Origin: an uncultured Verrucomicrobiae bacterium
Lineage (GTDB): Bacteria > Verrucomicrobiota > Verrucomicrobiia > Chthoniobacterales > Chthoniobacteraceae
Reading direction: 5' to 3'
Length of the DNA stretch: 64,000 bases
NCBI GenBank assembly: GCA_963769025.1
Contig: CAVYKI010000009.1
Span: 640,001-704,000 of the forward strand
The notes beneath the pieces were generated by a model. The model was not told the origin of the DNA, made no database searches, and saw nothing but the letters and a program-made list of their open reading frames with translations. The position numbers were made by a program, and so were the translations under genes. The first letter of the stretch is position 1; every line of letters starts with the position of its first letter. Of the stretch, positions 1 through 9,049 are shown piece by piece.

Positions 1-217
1 GTCGCGCCCCAGCTTTCGGGAATCAGCTCGTGCAGTGCGCAGAGCATCGTATTGCAAAGGGCAGCTCCGCGCATGCCCGGTGGAAGCAAGCCGCCGGTGG
101 AAGCCGACGGAGTTGCATCCTACTTCAGCGGAACGAATCCAGAAGCAGCGGAGACGCGTCTTTTCAACGTGATAAAGTATAATAGTAATAAAAAACGGCG
201 TTTTCTGCTTTTTCACA

Positions 218-247
218 TTGACTTGGCATCTCACAAATGAGAATAAT
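218..247 (+). promoter_or_regulatory. Putative sigma70-type promoter
   Basis: TTGACT (218-223), 18-nt spacer, AATAAT (242-247), preceded by an AT-rich tract at about 171-215, which is unusual in this GC-rich DNA. Confidence 0.35.
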
Positions 248-370
248 GTGACCTTCGACGATTCAAGGCCAAGACCCCGTCGCCATTTTTCTTTCCGTCA
301 TATTCTGAACCCCAACTTCTCCAGTAAGGGCATCGTCCTTCCAACAAAAACGAACGCGTCGCAAAACACC

Positions 371-2152
371 ATGAACACCCCAAAAATGAAAACAAACACA
401 CCACTGAGGACGGGCATCTGTGCCGCGCTCGTCGCTCTCATCGGAGTCGCCATGCAAGGGGTGGGCTTCGCACTCACTGTGACGAACAATCAGGACAATG
501 CACCCAGCGCGTCGCTCATCACGGGCAGCCTGCGCTGGGCCATCGTCAACACTCCGCCGAACGGGTTGGTCGACTTTTCTTCCTCCTTGAAGGGAAAGAC
601 CATCGTGCTCAAAGCCGGCCAGGTGGTGATTGACAAGGTTTTGACCATCCGGGGCCTCGGATGCGATTTCCTGACGGTCAGCGGCAACAATGTGAGCCGC
701 GTGTTTTATGTGAATGCGACCGGTCTCGCCCCGACGACCATCTCCGACATGACCGTCACCAAAGGCAATGGCACGGGGCCCGACCTCTCGGGCTTTGGCA
801 ATGCCTCCCACGGCGGCGGAATCCACAACGTGGGCAATCTTCAGCTTCTGCGCGTCTGCGTGACCGCCAACAAGTCGCCGCTTGGCAGCGGCGGCGGCAT
901 CTATAACCGAGGCACGCTCAGCGGGCTCACCGACAGCACCGTCTCCTACAATACCGCGGGCCAGAACGGCGGCGGCATCTTCGACGAGCAGGACATGACG
1001 ATCATCCGCAGTTCCATCACCAACAACTCCGCCGGCGGCGACGGTGGCGGCATCCAGGAGGCGGGCACGGCAAATCTGATCAATACGACGATCTCCTCGA
1101 ACACTGCAGCGGGCTCCGGTGGCGGGCTCAACGATCAGGGAGGAACCACGTTGAAGACCTACAACGTGACCATCACCGGCAATACTGCGGCGGTGGGTGG
1201 CGGGATGGCGAACGTGCCGTTCCTTGGCGCTTCGTGGGAGCTTCGCAACACGATCGTGGGCGGCAACAGTGCACCGAATGCGCCGGACGTGAGCAATGCA
1301 TTCGGTTCGCAAATCAGCCAGGGGAACAACCTCATCAAGGTCACCACCGGCGCCCCCTCAGGAAGTTTTGTCGCCAGCGACATCCTCGGTGCAGATCCAC
1401 GGCTCGGCCCCCTTCAGGAAAACGGGGGACCGACGCTGACTCACGCGCTCCTGCCCGGCAGCCCGGCCATCGACAAAGGCAGCAATGGCAACCTGCTCGC
1501 CAGCATGACCACGGATCAGCGGGGCTTCATGATCCGCGTCATCGACGGCGGCCTCAGCCTCACGGTGGACATCGGCGCCTACGAATACACCTCGGCAAAA
1601 GGGCTCAAGAACGAGGCAATCGCCAGTCTTACGGATTGCCTTTCCAGCACGCACTGCAAGACCCGCGTGTGGGCAGCTGCTGCGATCCTCCGCATCCAGC
1701 GCAGTCTGACGCCAGCGTTGTGGGTGACGGGGAGCGACACGACTCTCACGAGGTGTGGGGAACTCGTGTTCGATAAAGAGCAGGAGGCAGCCTATCTCAT
1801 TCAGAAGATCATCAAGTATAGCCCCGACCTGGCATGCGTGCAGTCGGCCACCTACGCGGTCCAGGATCTCGTGCTGGCGGATGAGCAGCTTGCCCGCGAG
1901 GCGATCCGCCTTGCCGTCGCCGCGAACGGCAACGCCAAAAAAATCCAGGACGCGAACAAGGAACTTGTCACCGCCCAGTCATATCTTGCCAAGCAGGACT
2001 ACAAGAAGGCCATCGAGCACTTTAAACATGCATGGGAAAAGGCGCAGGAATCGGTCGGCATCAAGCCGGACGACGACACATGCAAGGCCCTGAAGAAACA
2101 GTGGCAGAACGACGGCGACGACGATGACGACGACGAGGAGGACTGCAATTAA
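371..2152 (+). CDS. Secreted/surface beta-helix protein with choice-of-anchor Q domain, helical C-terminal domain and acidic tail
   Basis: Signal-peptide-like N-terminus (ATG at 371 or 386); repeated GGGI/N-rich PMP-like motifs; DPRLGPLQENGGPTLTHALLPGSPAIDKG...DQRG...DIGAYE choice-of-anchor Q signature; ends NDGDDDDDDEEDCN. Confidence 0.8.
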   Translation: MNTPKMKTNTPLRTGICAALVALIGVAMQGVGFALTVTNNQDNAPSASLITGSLRWAIVNTPPNGLVDFSSSLKGKTIVLKAGQVVIDKVLTIRGLGCDFLTVSGNNVSRVFYVNATGLAPTTISDMTVTKGNGTGPDLSGFGNASHGGGIHNVGNLQLLRVCVTANKSPLGSGGGIYNRGTLSGLTDSTVSYNTAGQNGGGIFDEQDMTIIRSSITNNSAGGDGGGIQEAGTANLINTTISSNTAAGSGGGLNDQGGTTLKTYNVTITGNTAAVGGGMANVPFLGASWELRNTIVGGNSAPNAPDVSNAFGSQISQGNNLIKVTTGAPSGSFVASDILGADPRLGPLQENGGPTLTHALLPGSPAIDKGSNGNLLASMTTDQRGFMIRVIDGGLSLTVDIGAYEYTSAKGLKNEAIASLTDCLSSTHCKTRVWAAAAILRIQRSLTPALWVTGSDTTLTRCGELVFDKEQEAAYLIQKIIKYSPDLACVQSATYAVQDLVLADEQLAREAIRLAVAANGNAKKIQDANKELVTAQSYLAKQDYKKAIEHFKHAWEKAQESVGIKPDDDTCKALKKQWQNDGDDDDDDEEDCN

Positions 2153-2178
2153 GAGCCATTCGATCCTTGGTTGAATTC

Positions 2179-2214
2179 AGGGCGGCCGGAGTTTTCTCCG
2201 GCCGCCCTTTTTTT
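2179..2214 (+). terminator. Rho-independent terminator
   Basis: Perfect 13-bp stem AGGGCGGCCGGAG/CTCCGGCCGCCCT with a TTTT loop and a T-run, just after the stop at 2152, between convergent genes. Confidence 0.9.
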
Positions 2215-2261
2215 GCATTTGCGTGGGGATCGCAGGGAATCGAATCGTGCACTGCACCTTC

Positions 2262-3395
2262 TCAGTCGCGCGATCTGGGTGCCGGAGGCAGCGCCACACC
2301 CATGGCTTCCAGGCTCTCGCGGATTCCTCCCAGCAGCCCCGCGAAGTCTCCCGGGGTGAGCTGACCGATCGTGCCGATGCGGAAGCTGTCGCCGTGGGAA
2401 AGCTTGCCCGGATAGATGACGAGGCCGCGCACGGCGAGCCGGTGGCAGAAGTCCTCGAAGTCAAATCGCGGGTCGGCCGGGAAGTGGAAGGCGATGATGA
2501 TCGGGCCTTGCAGTTCCCGGCGGAGGACAGGCCGGAATCCCATCCCCTCCATGCCTGACAAAAGCGTGCGCTGGCTTTCCCGGTAGCGCCTTTCCCGCGC
2601 GGCGACGCCGCCTTCGCGGGTGAGTTGATCGAGTGCCGCGGCGAGGGCGAGGCAGACATGCGTGGGGGGCGTGAATCGGAACTGGCCGCTGCTCTCGAGT
2701 TCGTCCCTCTGCGCTGGCAGATCGAGGCTCACGCTGCGGGCGTGGCCTCGCGCGGCATCGAGGGATGCGCTTCGCGCAATCGCAAAGGCAATGCCGGGGA
2801 CGCCCTCGATGCATTTGTTCGCCGAGGAGATCAGGCAGTCGATGTTCCATCTGGTGACATCCACCGGGATGCCGCCGAAACTGCTCATCGCATCCACCAG
2901 GAAGCGCCGCCCGGCTGCCGCGACGACGGCCCCGATTTCCGCGATGGGGTTGAGGATGCCGGTGGTGGTTTCGCAATGGACGGCAGCGACGTGGGTGACC
3001 TCGGGGTGTGCGGCGAGATGCACTTTTGCGGATCCCGGATCGTTCGGCTCGGTCTCCGGTGCTTCGATGCTGTCCACCGCGATGCCGAGCCGTTGCGCGA
3101 TGCCGATCATCCGGCGGCCGTACGCCCCGTTGGCGAGGACGAGGAGCTTTCCGTCCGGTGGGATGAGCGAGCCGATGGCGGCTTCGATGGCGAAGGTGCC
3201 GCTGCCTTGCATGGGCACTGCCGAGAACTCCGGGCCGGCGCCGGCGATCATCAGCAATTCCTGGCGAATGTGACGGACGATCTGGATGAAGGCCGCATCG
3301 CGCGGGCCCATGTCCCTTTGCATGGCGTCGCGCACGGCGTCGCTCGTGTTGATCGGTCCGGGCGTGAAGAGGCGCTGGCGGATGTGGTCCGTCAT
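2262..3395 (-). CDS. phnW: 2-aminoethylphosphonate aminotransferase (class V PLP; AepZ/PhnW family)
   Basis: LFTPGP, QGSGTFAIEA, VHCETTTG, DAMSSFG, SSANKCIEGVPG (PLP Lys), FRFTPPTH, IYPGKL; ATG overlaps the ppd stop (ATGA). Confidence 0.93.
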   Translation of the reverse strand: MTDHIRQRLFTPGPINTSDAVRDAMQRDMGPRDAAFIQIVRHIRQELLMIAGAGPEFSAVPMQGSGTFAIEAAIGSLIPPDGKLLVLANGAYGRRMIGIAQRLGIAVDSIEAPETEPNDPGSAKVHLAAHPEVTHVAAVHCETTTGILNPIAEIGAVVAAAGRRFLVDAMSSFGGIPVDVTRWNIDCLISSANKCIEGVPGIAFAIARSASLDAARGHARSVSLDLPAQRDELESSGQFRFTPPTHVCLALAAALDQLTREGGVAARERRYRESQRTLLSGMEGMGFRPVLRRELQGPIIIAFHFPADPRFDFEDFCHRLAVRGLVIYPGKLSHGDSFRIGTIGQLTPGDFAGLLGGIRESLEAMGVALPPAPRSRD

Positions 3396-4543
3396 TTCCG
3401 GGTGGCGAGGTATCGCATGAAGCGTTCCTTGATTGCAGGCGGCTTCACCGCGGGCCGGCCGAGTTTCTCCAGCGAGCCAGGGCGGATTTTCAAATGGAGC
3501 AGCGAGGGGCCGGCGTTCGGGCACATCTCCGCAAGACAGGCGGCGAGGTCCTCGGCACGCTCCGCGCTGAAGACGTTTCGGTAGCCCGCCGCCGCGGCGA
3601 TTCGCGCGAAATCAACCGTCGGGGAGACGGTCGCCTGCCCTCCGGTGGAATCGTGCGTTTCATTGTCGAGGATGATGTGGATCAAGCGCTCCGGCTGGTA
3701 GTGGCCGATGGTCGCAAGCGTCCCCATTTTCATGAGCGCCGCGCCGTCACCGTCGAGGATGATGACGCGCTGCCCCGGCAGTGTGTGCGCGATGCCGAGG
3801 CCAATCGCGGACGCGGTGCCCATACCTCCGACGACGTAGAGATTTCCCGGCCGGTCTGAAACGGTGAAGAGTTCGCGCCCGGTCTTGCCAGTCGTGGCCA
3901 CGATGGCGTCGTCGTCGGTGCAGAAGCGAAGGATGTGAGCGATGGCCTTACTGCGCGTGAGTCGCAAGGACGGCGAATCGAAAGGCAGAAGCCGTGCATG
4001 CGCCTTCACTGTGGCGGCTGCCGCGCGCGGCTCTAGCGCGCACGTCGCGAAGGTGTCCTTTTTCAGGATGAAGGCGAAGGGAAGCTGTCGCTCGCGCATG
4101 GAGGCATCGGCTTCGTCGAGGGCGGCATCCATTTCTCCCTGCTCCTCGGGGAACGGCAGCCACGGGATCTCCAGCGTGTCGAGCATCCGCTGCGTGATGC
4201 GGCCCATCAGTTCGTGCTGCGGCTCATCGGCGAGTCCCGGCTCGCCACGCCAGGTGGTGACGAGCAGCGTGGGGATGCGGAATGGATGGTTGAGCGACGT
4301 GAGCGGATTGATCGCGTTTCCGAGTCCCGAGTTTTGGCAAAGGGTCACCGTCTTGCGACCGGCGAGACTGGCGCCGAGGTTGATGCCGATTGCCTCGCCT
4401 TCACTCGTTGCGCCCACGTAGTCGAGTTCGCGGTCGTTGATCACAGCGTTGATCAGCGGCGTCAGGAAGGAGCAGGGGACTCCGGAAAAAAACGAGTATC
4501 CGAGAGCACGCAGCCTCGCGAGAAGCGCCCGTGCTTCGATCAT
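3392..4543 (-). CDS. aepY: Phosphonopyruvate decarboxylase (ThDP-dependent)
   Basis: FFSGVPCSFL, QNSGLGNAINPLTSL, WRGEPG.DEPQHELMG, TTGKTGREL, DGDGAALM ThDP motif, HDSTGGQ; ATGA overlap with the pepM stop. Confidence 0.93.
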   Translation of the reverse strand: MIEARALLARLRALGYSFFSGVPCSFLTPLINAVINDRELDYVGATSEGEAIGINLGASLAGRKTVTLCQNSGLGNAINPLTSLNHPFRIPTLLVTTWRGEPGLADEPQHELMGRITQRMLDTLEIPWLPFPEEQGEMDAALDEADASMRERQLPFAFILKKDTFATCALEPRAAAATVKAHARLLPFDSPSLRLTRSKAIAHILRFCTDDDAIVATTGKTGRELFTVSDRPGNLYVVGGMGTASAIGLGIAHTLPGQRVIILDGDGAALMKMGTLATIGHYQPERLIHIILDNETHDSTGGQATVSPTVDFARIAAAAGYRNVFSAERAEDLAACLAEMCPNAGPSLLHLKIRPGSLEKLGRPAVKPPAIKERFMRYLATRK

Positions 4544-5595
4544 TCCGCGCTGAGTGGGGCGAGGCTGAGCTTCGCGGGCGGACGCTTCGGCCGCGCCGAT
4601 GTTGCCAGCGCGGCTTTCTCCGCACCGTCGGCGATTTTTGCGGACTGGCCGGCGCTGTCGCCAGGAAGGTATCGCCTTTCGGCCTCGGTGAGTTCGTCGG
4701 CGTTCTGGAGGCGGAAGACTTCCTGCAAGGGAGCAATTTCCCCATCGATGCCGGTCACGGACTGTTCCTCGAAGATCTGGCGGCACGTCGCCTGCATCGC
4801 CGCGATCGAACTCCTCAGATTGTGATTTGCCCAGATGACCGTGCTGAATCCGGCTTCGGCGAAAACCGCCGCCGGCGTCCGACTGAAGGTCGTGGGCACC
4901 ACGATGAGCGGGGTGGAGCGATCCCACTCTGAGGCAAAGGCGAGGACCTCGTCTGCGTCAGTCCGCTTGCTGTGCACGAGCAGGGCATCCGCTCCGGCAT
5001 CGGCATACAGGTGCGCGCGGCGAAGAACCTCCGCAATTTCCACTCCCGCAATGAATCCCTCCAGTCGCGCGATGACGCAAAAATCCGCACGGCTTTGCGT
5101 GTCCTTAGCCGCCTTGATCTTTCCGGTGAACTCCATCGGATCCACCAGCTTCTTTTTGCCCTCGCTCAGGGAATTGCGCTTCGGAAAAATCTGGTCTTCG
5201 ATGCACACGCCGTCGATTCCGCGCTGATTGAGCTTCCGCACGAGTCGGCGGACGTTGTTGAAATTCCCAAACCCCGAGTCCCCATCGAGCAGGATCGGCA
5301 GCCGGGTGGCGTCGCGCATGAATTCCACGATTTCGAGCACCTGGGTCCAGCTCGCCTCGTTGCAATCGCGGACGCCGAGCGTGGCCGACATGGAAAGCCC
5401 GCTGGCCCAGATCCCGGCAAAGCCCGCCTCCTCGACGATCTTCGCGCTCAGCCCGTTGTGAGCTTCCATGAAGAACTCCATTTCCCCGGAATACAGCAGT
5501 TCTTTCAGCCCGCGAGGCTGGGGTGGATTGTGATTATGTTTCAAAGGATGGGGGAGGTGGAAGGCTGTCGCAATTCCCTTGCCCGCAACAATCAT
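4540..5595 (-). CDS. pepM: Phosphoenolpyruvate mutase
   Basis: MEAHNGLSAKIVEEAGFAGIWASGLSMS, DCNEASWTQV, LDGDSGFGNFNN, EDQIFPKRNS, WANHNLRS; start uncertain (ATG 5595 or TTG 5544). Confidence 0.92.
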   Translation of the reverse strand: MIVAGKGIATAFHLPHPLKHNHNPPQPRGLKELLYSGEMEFFMEAHNGLSAKIVEEAGFAGIWASGLSMSATLGVRDCNEASWTQVLEIVEFMRDATRLPILLDGDSGFGNFNNVRRLVRKLNQRGIDGVCIEDQIFPKRNSLSEGKKKLVDPMEFTGKIKAAKDTQSRADFCVIARLEGFIAGVEIAEVLRRAHLYADAGADALLVHSKRTDADEVLAFASEWDRSTPLIVVPTTFSRTPAAVFAEAGFSTVIWANHNLRSSIAAMQATCRQIFEEQSVTGIDGEIAPLQEVFRLQNADELTEAERRYLPGDSAGQSAKIADGAEKAALATSARPKRPPAKLSLAPLSAE

Positions 5596-5867
5596 GCTAG
5601 CGGAGGAAGTACTCCGTTCAAGGATGGACTGCCTTCCTGCAGCGGGTTCCATCCCTGCACGTCCGGCAAATTCGAGGTGTCCTGGCGGGCACTGCGTTTC
5701 CTTCCGGCGATGCCATTTGGGTGCAGCAAGGGCGACCGGCTGCTTGACGGCAGCGATGCGGAAAATACCGTGGCGGCCGTGAGCCGTGACGAACATCCAG
5801 CATCAAAGATCAGAGCAGTGCCGGCCCGGTCCATCCGCCAAGGAATGCGCAGCGCGGGGAATTGATC

Positions 5868-7070
5868 ATGTCGCTCTTTTCTTGGCTTGGCATCGGAAAA
5901 GCCAGTCCCGCTCCTTCTGAGCAATCACGGGCTGACCTGACCGGAACTGCAGACCTCCCATCCGTCTTTTGCGATCCGGCCTCGAATAACGCGCGGGACG
6001 CGTTGGACCTCGGAAAAATCCGCATCGTCGAAGATCCCACAGTCGCGGATCTCCTTTGGATGCGGAAGGGGTATCGGGACTGGTTCGGAAAACTCCGGCC
6101 GTTTCAGCTCTTGAATCATTTTCCAAACGAGCGCGCGATGACCGACAAGGGATTCCTCGCAGAGCACCTCGGCAGGTTTTCCAGGAACCAGTCGAAGTAT
6201 GACTTCGGCATGACGGATCTCGTCCAGGAGACCTACTGCCTCTACATTCCGGAAGAGAGGGAGCGTTTCTTCAGCCAGCTTCCGGCTTCTGAATCGAAGG
6301 AGAATCTTTGGATACTCAAGCCCTGCTCCTCGTCCCGCGGCAGGGGCATCCAAATCCTCTGGCAGTTTGATGAGTTGCGCGATGCGTATGCGCATCCCGA
6401 AGAATTCGCATTCGATCCGCAGAAGGACCGCTACGTCATCCAAAGATACATCCGGAACCCGCTGCTGCTCGACGGGCGCAAGTCCGAAATCCGGATCTAC
6501 TGGCTCGTCGCCTCCCTCGATCCGCTCCTCGTCCTCATGTATCGCGAAGGAACGGTGCGGCTGAATACGCAGCCATTCAGCCTCGATGATTTTGAAAATA
6601 CGCTGATCCACGTGACCAATGTGTTTCAGCAAAAGGCCCATCCGGACTACGATCCGTCGGCTGTCTTGAAATGGAGTTTTTCGGATTGGGAAAACTACCT
6701 CATCCAGGATCGGAAGCTCGCGCCGGAGAACTGGGTCGAGGGACACCTGAAGCCGCAGCTCAAGCGCATGCTGTCCTTCGTGGTGGACGCCGCGCGGCCC
6801 ACGCTCTCGCAAGATCTCGGCAACGGACTCCCCTTCGGCCTGTTCGGGGCCGACATCATTTTCGATGACACACTGCATCCCTGGCTCACGGAGGTTCAGA
6901 AGGGACCGGGGCTCAGCTTCGACGACCCGATCAAGCAGAAGGTGATTCCAGCCATGCTGAACGAGGGGATCGCCATCATGCTCGAAGTACGACGCCGCAA
7001 ACGCGACGGCCTCGGATTGGCGCAGCTGGATGCCGTCCAAGGATTCGAGTGGGTGATCCGTGAGACGTGA
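5868..7070 (+). CDS. Tubulin-tyrosine ligase (TTL/TTLL) family ATP-grasp amino acid ligase
   Basis: LNHFP, WILKPCSSSRGRGI, YVIQRYIRNPLLLDGRKSEIRIYWLV, YREGTVR, HVTN, FGLFGADIIFDDTLHPWLTEVQKGP; these follow the ordered TTL-family motifs WIxKP...GxGI, QxYIxxPLLxxGRKFDxRxY, HLTN, FxxxGxDxxxD...PWLxEVN. Confidence 0.85.
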   Translation: MSLFSWLGIGKASPAPSEQSRADLTGTADLPSVFCDPASNNARDALDLGKIRIVEDPTVADLLWMRKGYRDWFGKLRPFQLLNHFPNERAMTDKGFLAEHLGRFSRNQSKYDFGMTDLVQETYCLYIPEERERFFSQLPASESKENLWILKPCSSSRGRGIQILWQFDELRDAYAHPEEFAFDPQKDRYVIQRYIRNPLLLDGRKSEIRIYWLVASLDPLLVLMYREGTVRLNTQPFSLDDFENTLIHVTNVFQQKAHPDYDPSAVLKWSFSDWENYLIQDRKLAPENWVEGHLKPQLKRMLSFVVDAARPTLSQDLGNGLPFGLFGADIIFDDTLHPWLTEVQKGPGLSFDDPIKQKVIPAMLNEGIAIMLEVRRRKRDGLGLAQLDAVQGFEWVIRET

Positions 7071-7223
7071 GGCGCGGCAGAGCTGCTTCGAGCGGCTGCC
7101 GACGATGCTGAGGAACACCAGCAGCACCACCAGCCCGCCGCCTGCGTGCCGAACATCCTTGGGTGGCTTGGCTCACGCAGAGCGTGGCTGCGGTTCCTTC
7201 ACCGGCGGGCGAAAAGCGCGGCC

Positions 7224-8183
7224 CTATTTCGAAAGGATGAATTTGTGAAGATGCCCGAACGCGCTCCACTCCGCGACGATGAGATTGCCGTCCTTGTCGA
7301 TGGATGCGCCGTGCGGTGAGTTCGTGATGCCGTCCTTCCACTGGTCTTCCTTCAGCCCGAAGTTTGCACGTTGTGCCGCCACGGGATTGTCTCCGACCTG
7401 CGCGACGATCGCGCCAGTCTTGTCGAGCACCGTCACGCGTCCCTGCAGCTCGGGGACCACGGCGTAGTCGCCGCGGATGTGGACCGCGGCGGGCAGGCGG
7501 AGATCGGCCTGGATGACCTTCACGAAATTGCCGTCGAGATCCCAGTGCTCGACGCGGTTGTTATTGCGATTGCAGACGAAGAGCAGCGGCTTTTCCCCGC
7601 GCGTGTCGAGGGCGATGCCGTGGCACGTCTTGAAGAATCCGACGGAAGGGCCGGGCGCGCCGAATGCCTTCACGAATTTGCGATCCTTGTCGAATTTGAA
7701 GATGTGGTTGGAACCGTATCCGTCGGCCACGAAGATGGAGCCATCGGGGCCCACCGTGACGGCACAGGGGTTGAAGCCGTTCGCATCTTTGCACACTCCG
7801 GATTCCTCGGGGTATTTGAGGGACCACTCCTGCGTCCCGTCGAGCTTGAGCTTGATGACTTCATGCGCCGAAGGACGCGCGCCGTAGATCACCTCCGTGC
7901 CGTTTTCCTCGCGAATTTCGAGGCCGTGGATTTTTGCCGGGCCAAAGGCGCGGACAAATTTGCCAGCGGGAGAGAAAACGAGGATGCCGCGCGGTGTGTC
8001 GGTGGTGACGTAGATGTTGCCCGCCTTGTCGATCACCGCGCCGCCGTGGCACGCGCCGATTGGCTGGCCGCCGGGCGTCTTTTCGAAGAAGTCCGGTGCG
8101 ATGGAAAATTTCTGCTCCGCCGCGATGGCGTGGCCGGACAGGAGGGCGATGATTCCGAGGAGGGAGTGGGTAAGGCGTTTCAT
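7224..8183 (-). CDS. Secreted NHL-repeat (PAL-like) six-bladed beta-propeller protein
   Basis: Signal peptide; repeats such as IFVADGYG, HGIALD, CNRNNNRV, PHGASIDKDGNLIVAEW. Confidence 0.8.
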   Translation of the reverse strand: MKRLTHSLLGIIALLSGHAIAAEQKFSIAPDFFEKTPGGQPIGACHGGAVIDKAGNIYVTTDTPRGILVFSPAGKFVRAFGPAKIHGLEIREENGTEVIYGARPSAHEVIKLKLDGTQEWSLKYPEESGVCKDANGFNPCAVTVGPDGSIFVADGYGSNHIFKFDKDRKFVKAFGAPGPSVGFFKTCHGIALDTRGEKPLLFVCNRNNNRVEHWDLDGNFVKVIQADLRLPAAVHIRGDYAVVPELQGRVTVLDKTGAIVAQVGDNPVAAQRANFGLKEDQWKDGITNSPHGASIDKDGNLIVAEWSAFGHLHKFILSK

Positions 8184-8302
8184 TGGGGACGCGCTTTTTC
8201 GGCGACGCGATCCAGTTTGGCAATCCGCGAGATGCCGCAGCCGGCGGCCGCCGGGTGCAAAGAATTTGTGTCGGCAACTCCGGACCGGTAGCGTCGGCGG
8301 CC

Positions 8303-9016
8303 ATGAAACTCCCCCTCATTTCCGCAGCCGTGACCTTCGCCGCGATCGCGGCCACCTCCGCCGAGACGCCGGTGCCCGCGAACTGGGCGCAGTCGGTCAA
8401 ATTTCCAGCATCAGAAAAGGCGGCGGCGCTTTTCAACGGCAAGGACCTCTCGGGCTGGAAGGGCAACGAAAAATATTGGTCCGTGCAGGACGGCGCGATC
8501 GTCGGCAAGAACACCGACGCCAACGCGCCCAAGGCGAGCACCTATCTCGTGAGCGACAAAAAGTACCGCGCATTCCGCTTGGTCTTCGAGGGCAAGCTGG
8601 TGACGAGCGAGATGCACAGCGGCGTGGCGATGTGGGGAACCCCGGTCGAGAGGGAAGGGGACCCGCTGAGCTACATGGGGCACCTGGTAATGTTCCCGTC
8701 CGGCTGGGGATTCTACGATCTCTACCGGCGCAACAGCATCCACAAGGACGACGGCACCGCGAAGAAAGCAGGGCGCCAGCACGAGTGGAACCAAATGGAA
8801 ATCCTCGCGCAGCCGCCGCGGATCCGCTTCGCGGTGAATGGCCAGCTCGTCGCGGACTGGACGGACCCGAAGCCGGAACTTTGCGGTGAAGGTCCGCTCG
8901 GCCTGCAACTGCACTCCAACAAGGTGCCGCAGGAGGTTCAATTCCGCGGGCTGATCCTTTCGGAGAACCCGGAGGACCGGATGGCGACGGTGACTGAAGC
9001 GCCCTCGGCGAAGTAG
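8303..9016 (+). CDS. DUF1080 / 3-keto-disaccharide hydrolase family secreted protein
   Basis: Signal peptide; LFNGKDLSGWKG..WSVQDGAIVG, EWNQMEI, GPLGLQLH, VQFR. Confidence 0.85.
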   Translation: MKLPLISAAVTFAAIAATSAETPVPANWAQSVKFPASEKAAALFNGKDLSGWKGNEKYWSVQDGAIVGKNTDANAPKASTYLVSDKKYRAFRLVFEGKLVTSEMHSGVAMWGTPVEREGDPLSYMGHLVMFPSGWGFYDLYRRNSIHKDDGTAKKAGRQHEWNQMEILAQPPRIRFAVNGQLVADWTDPKPELCGEGPLGLQLHSNKVPQEVQFRGLILSENPEDRMATVTEAPSAK

Positions 9017-9049
9017 CGGCCGCGCCTCGCGGCGGCTCGCAAATGCGAA

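Noticed and set aside
61..116. Hairpin GCAGCTCCG/CGGAGTTGC enclosing a duplicated CCGGTGGAAGC
   Set aside because: Short, GC-rich, at the window edge and matching no RNA family I recognise; insufficient support.
2262..3395. Transaminase as a catabolic PhnW (AEP degradation)
   Set aside because: No phnX, phnA/phnY or transporter is present; it is translationally coupled to pepM-ppd, so the biosynthetic direction is more plausible.
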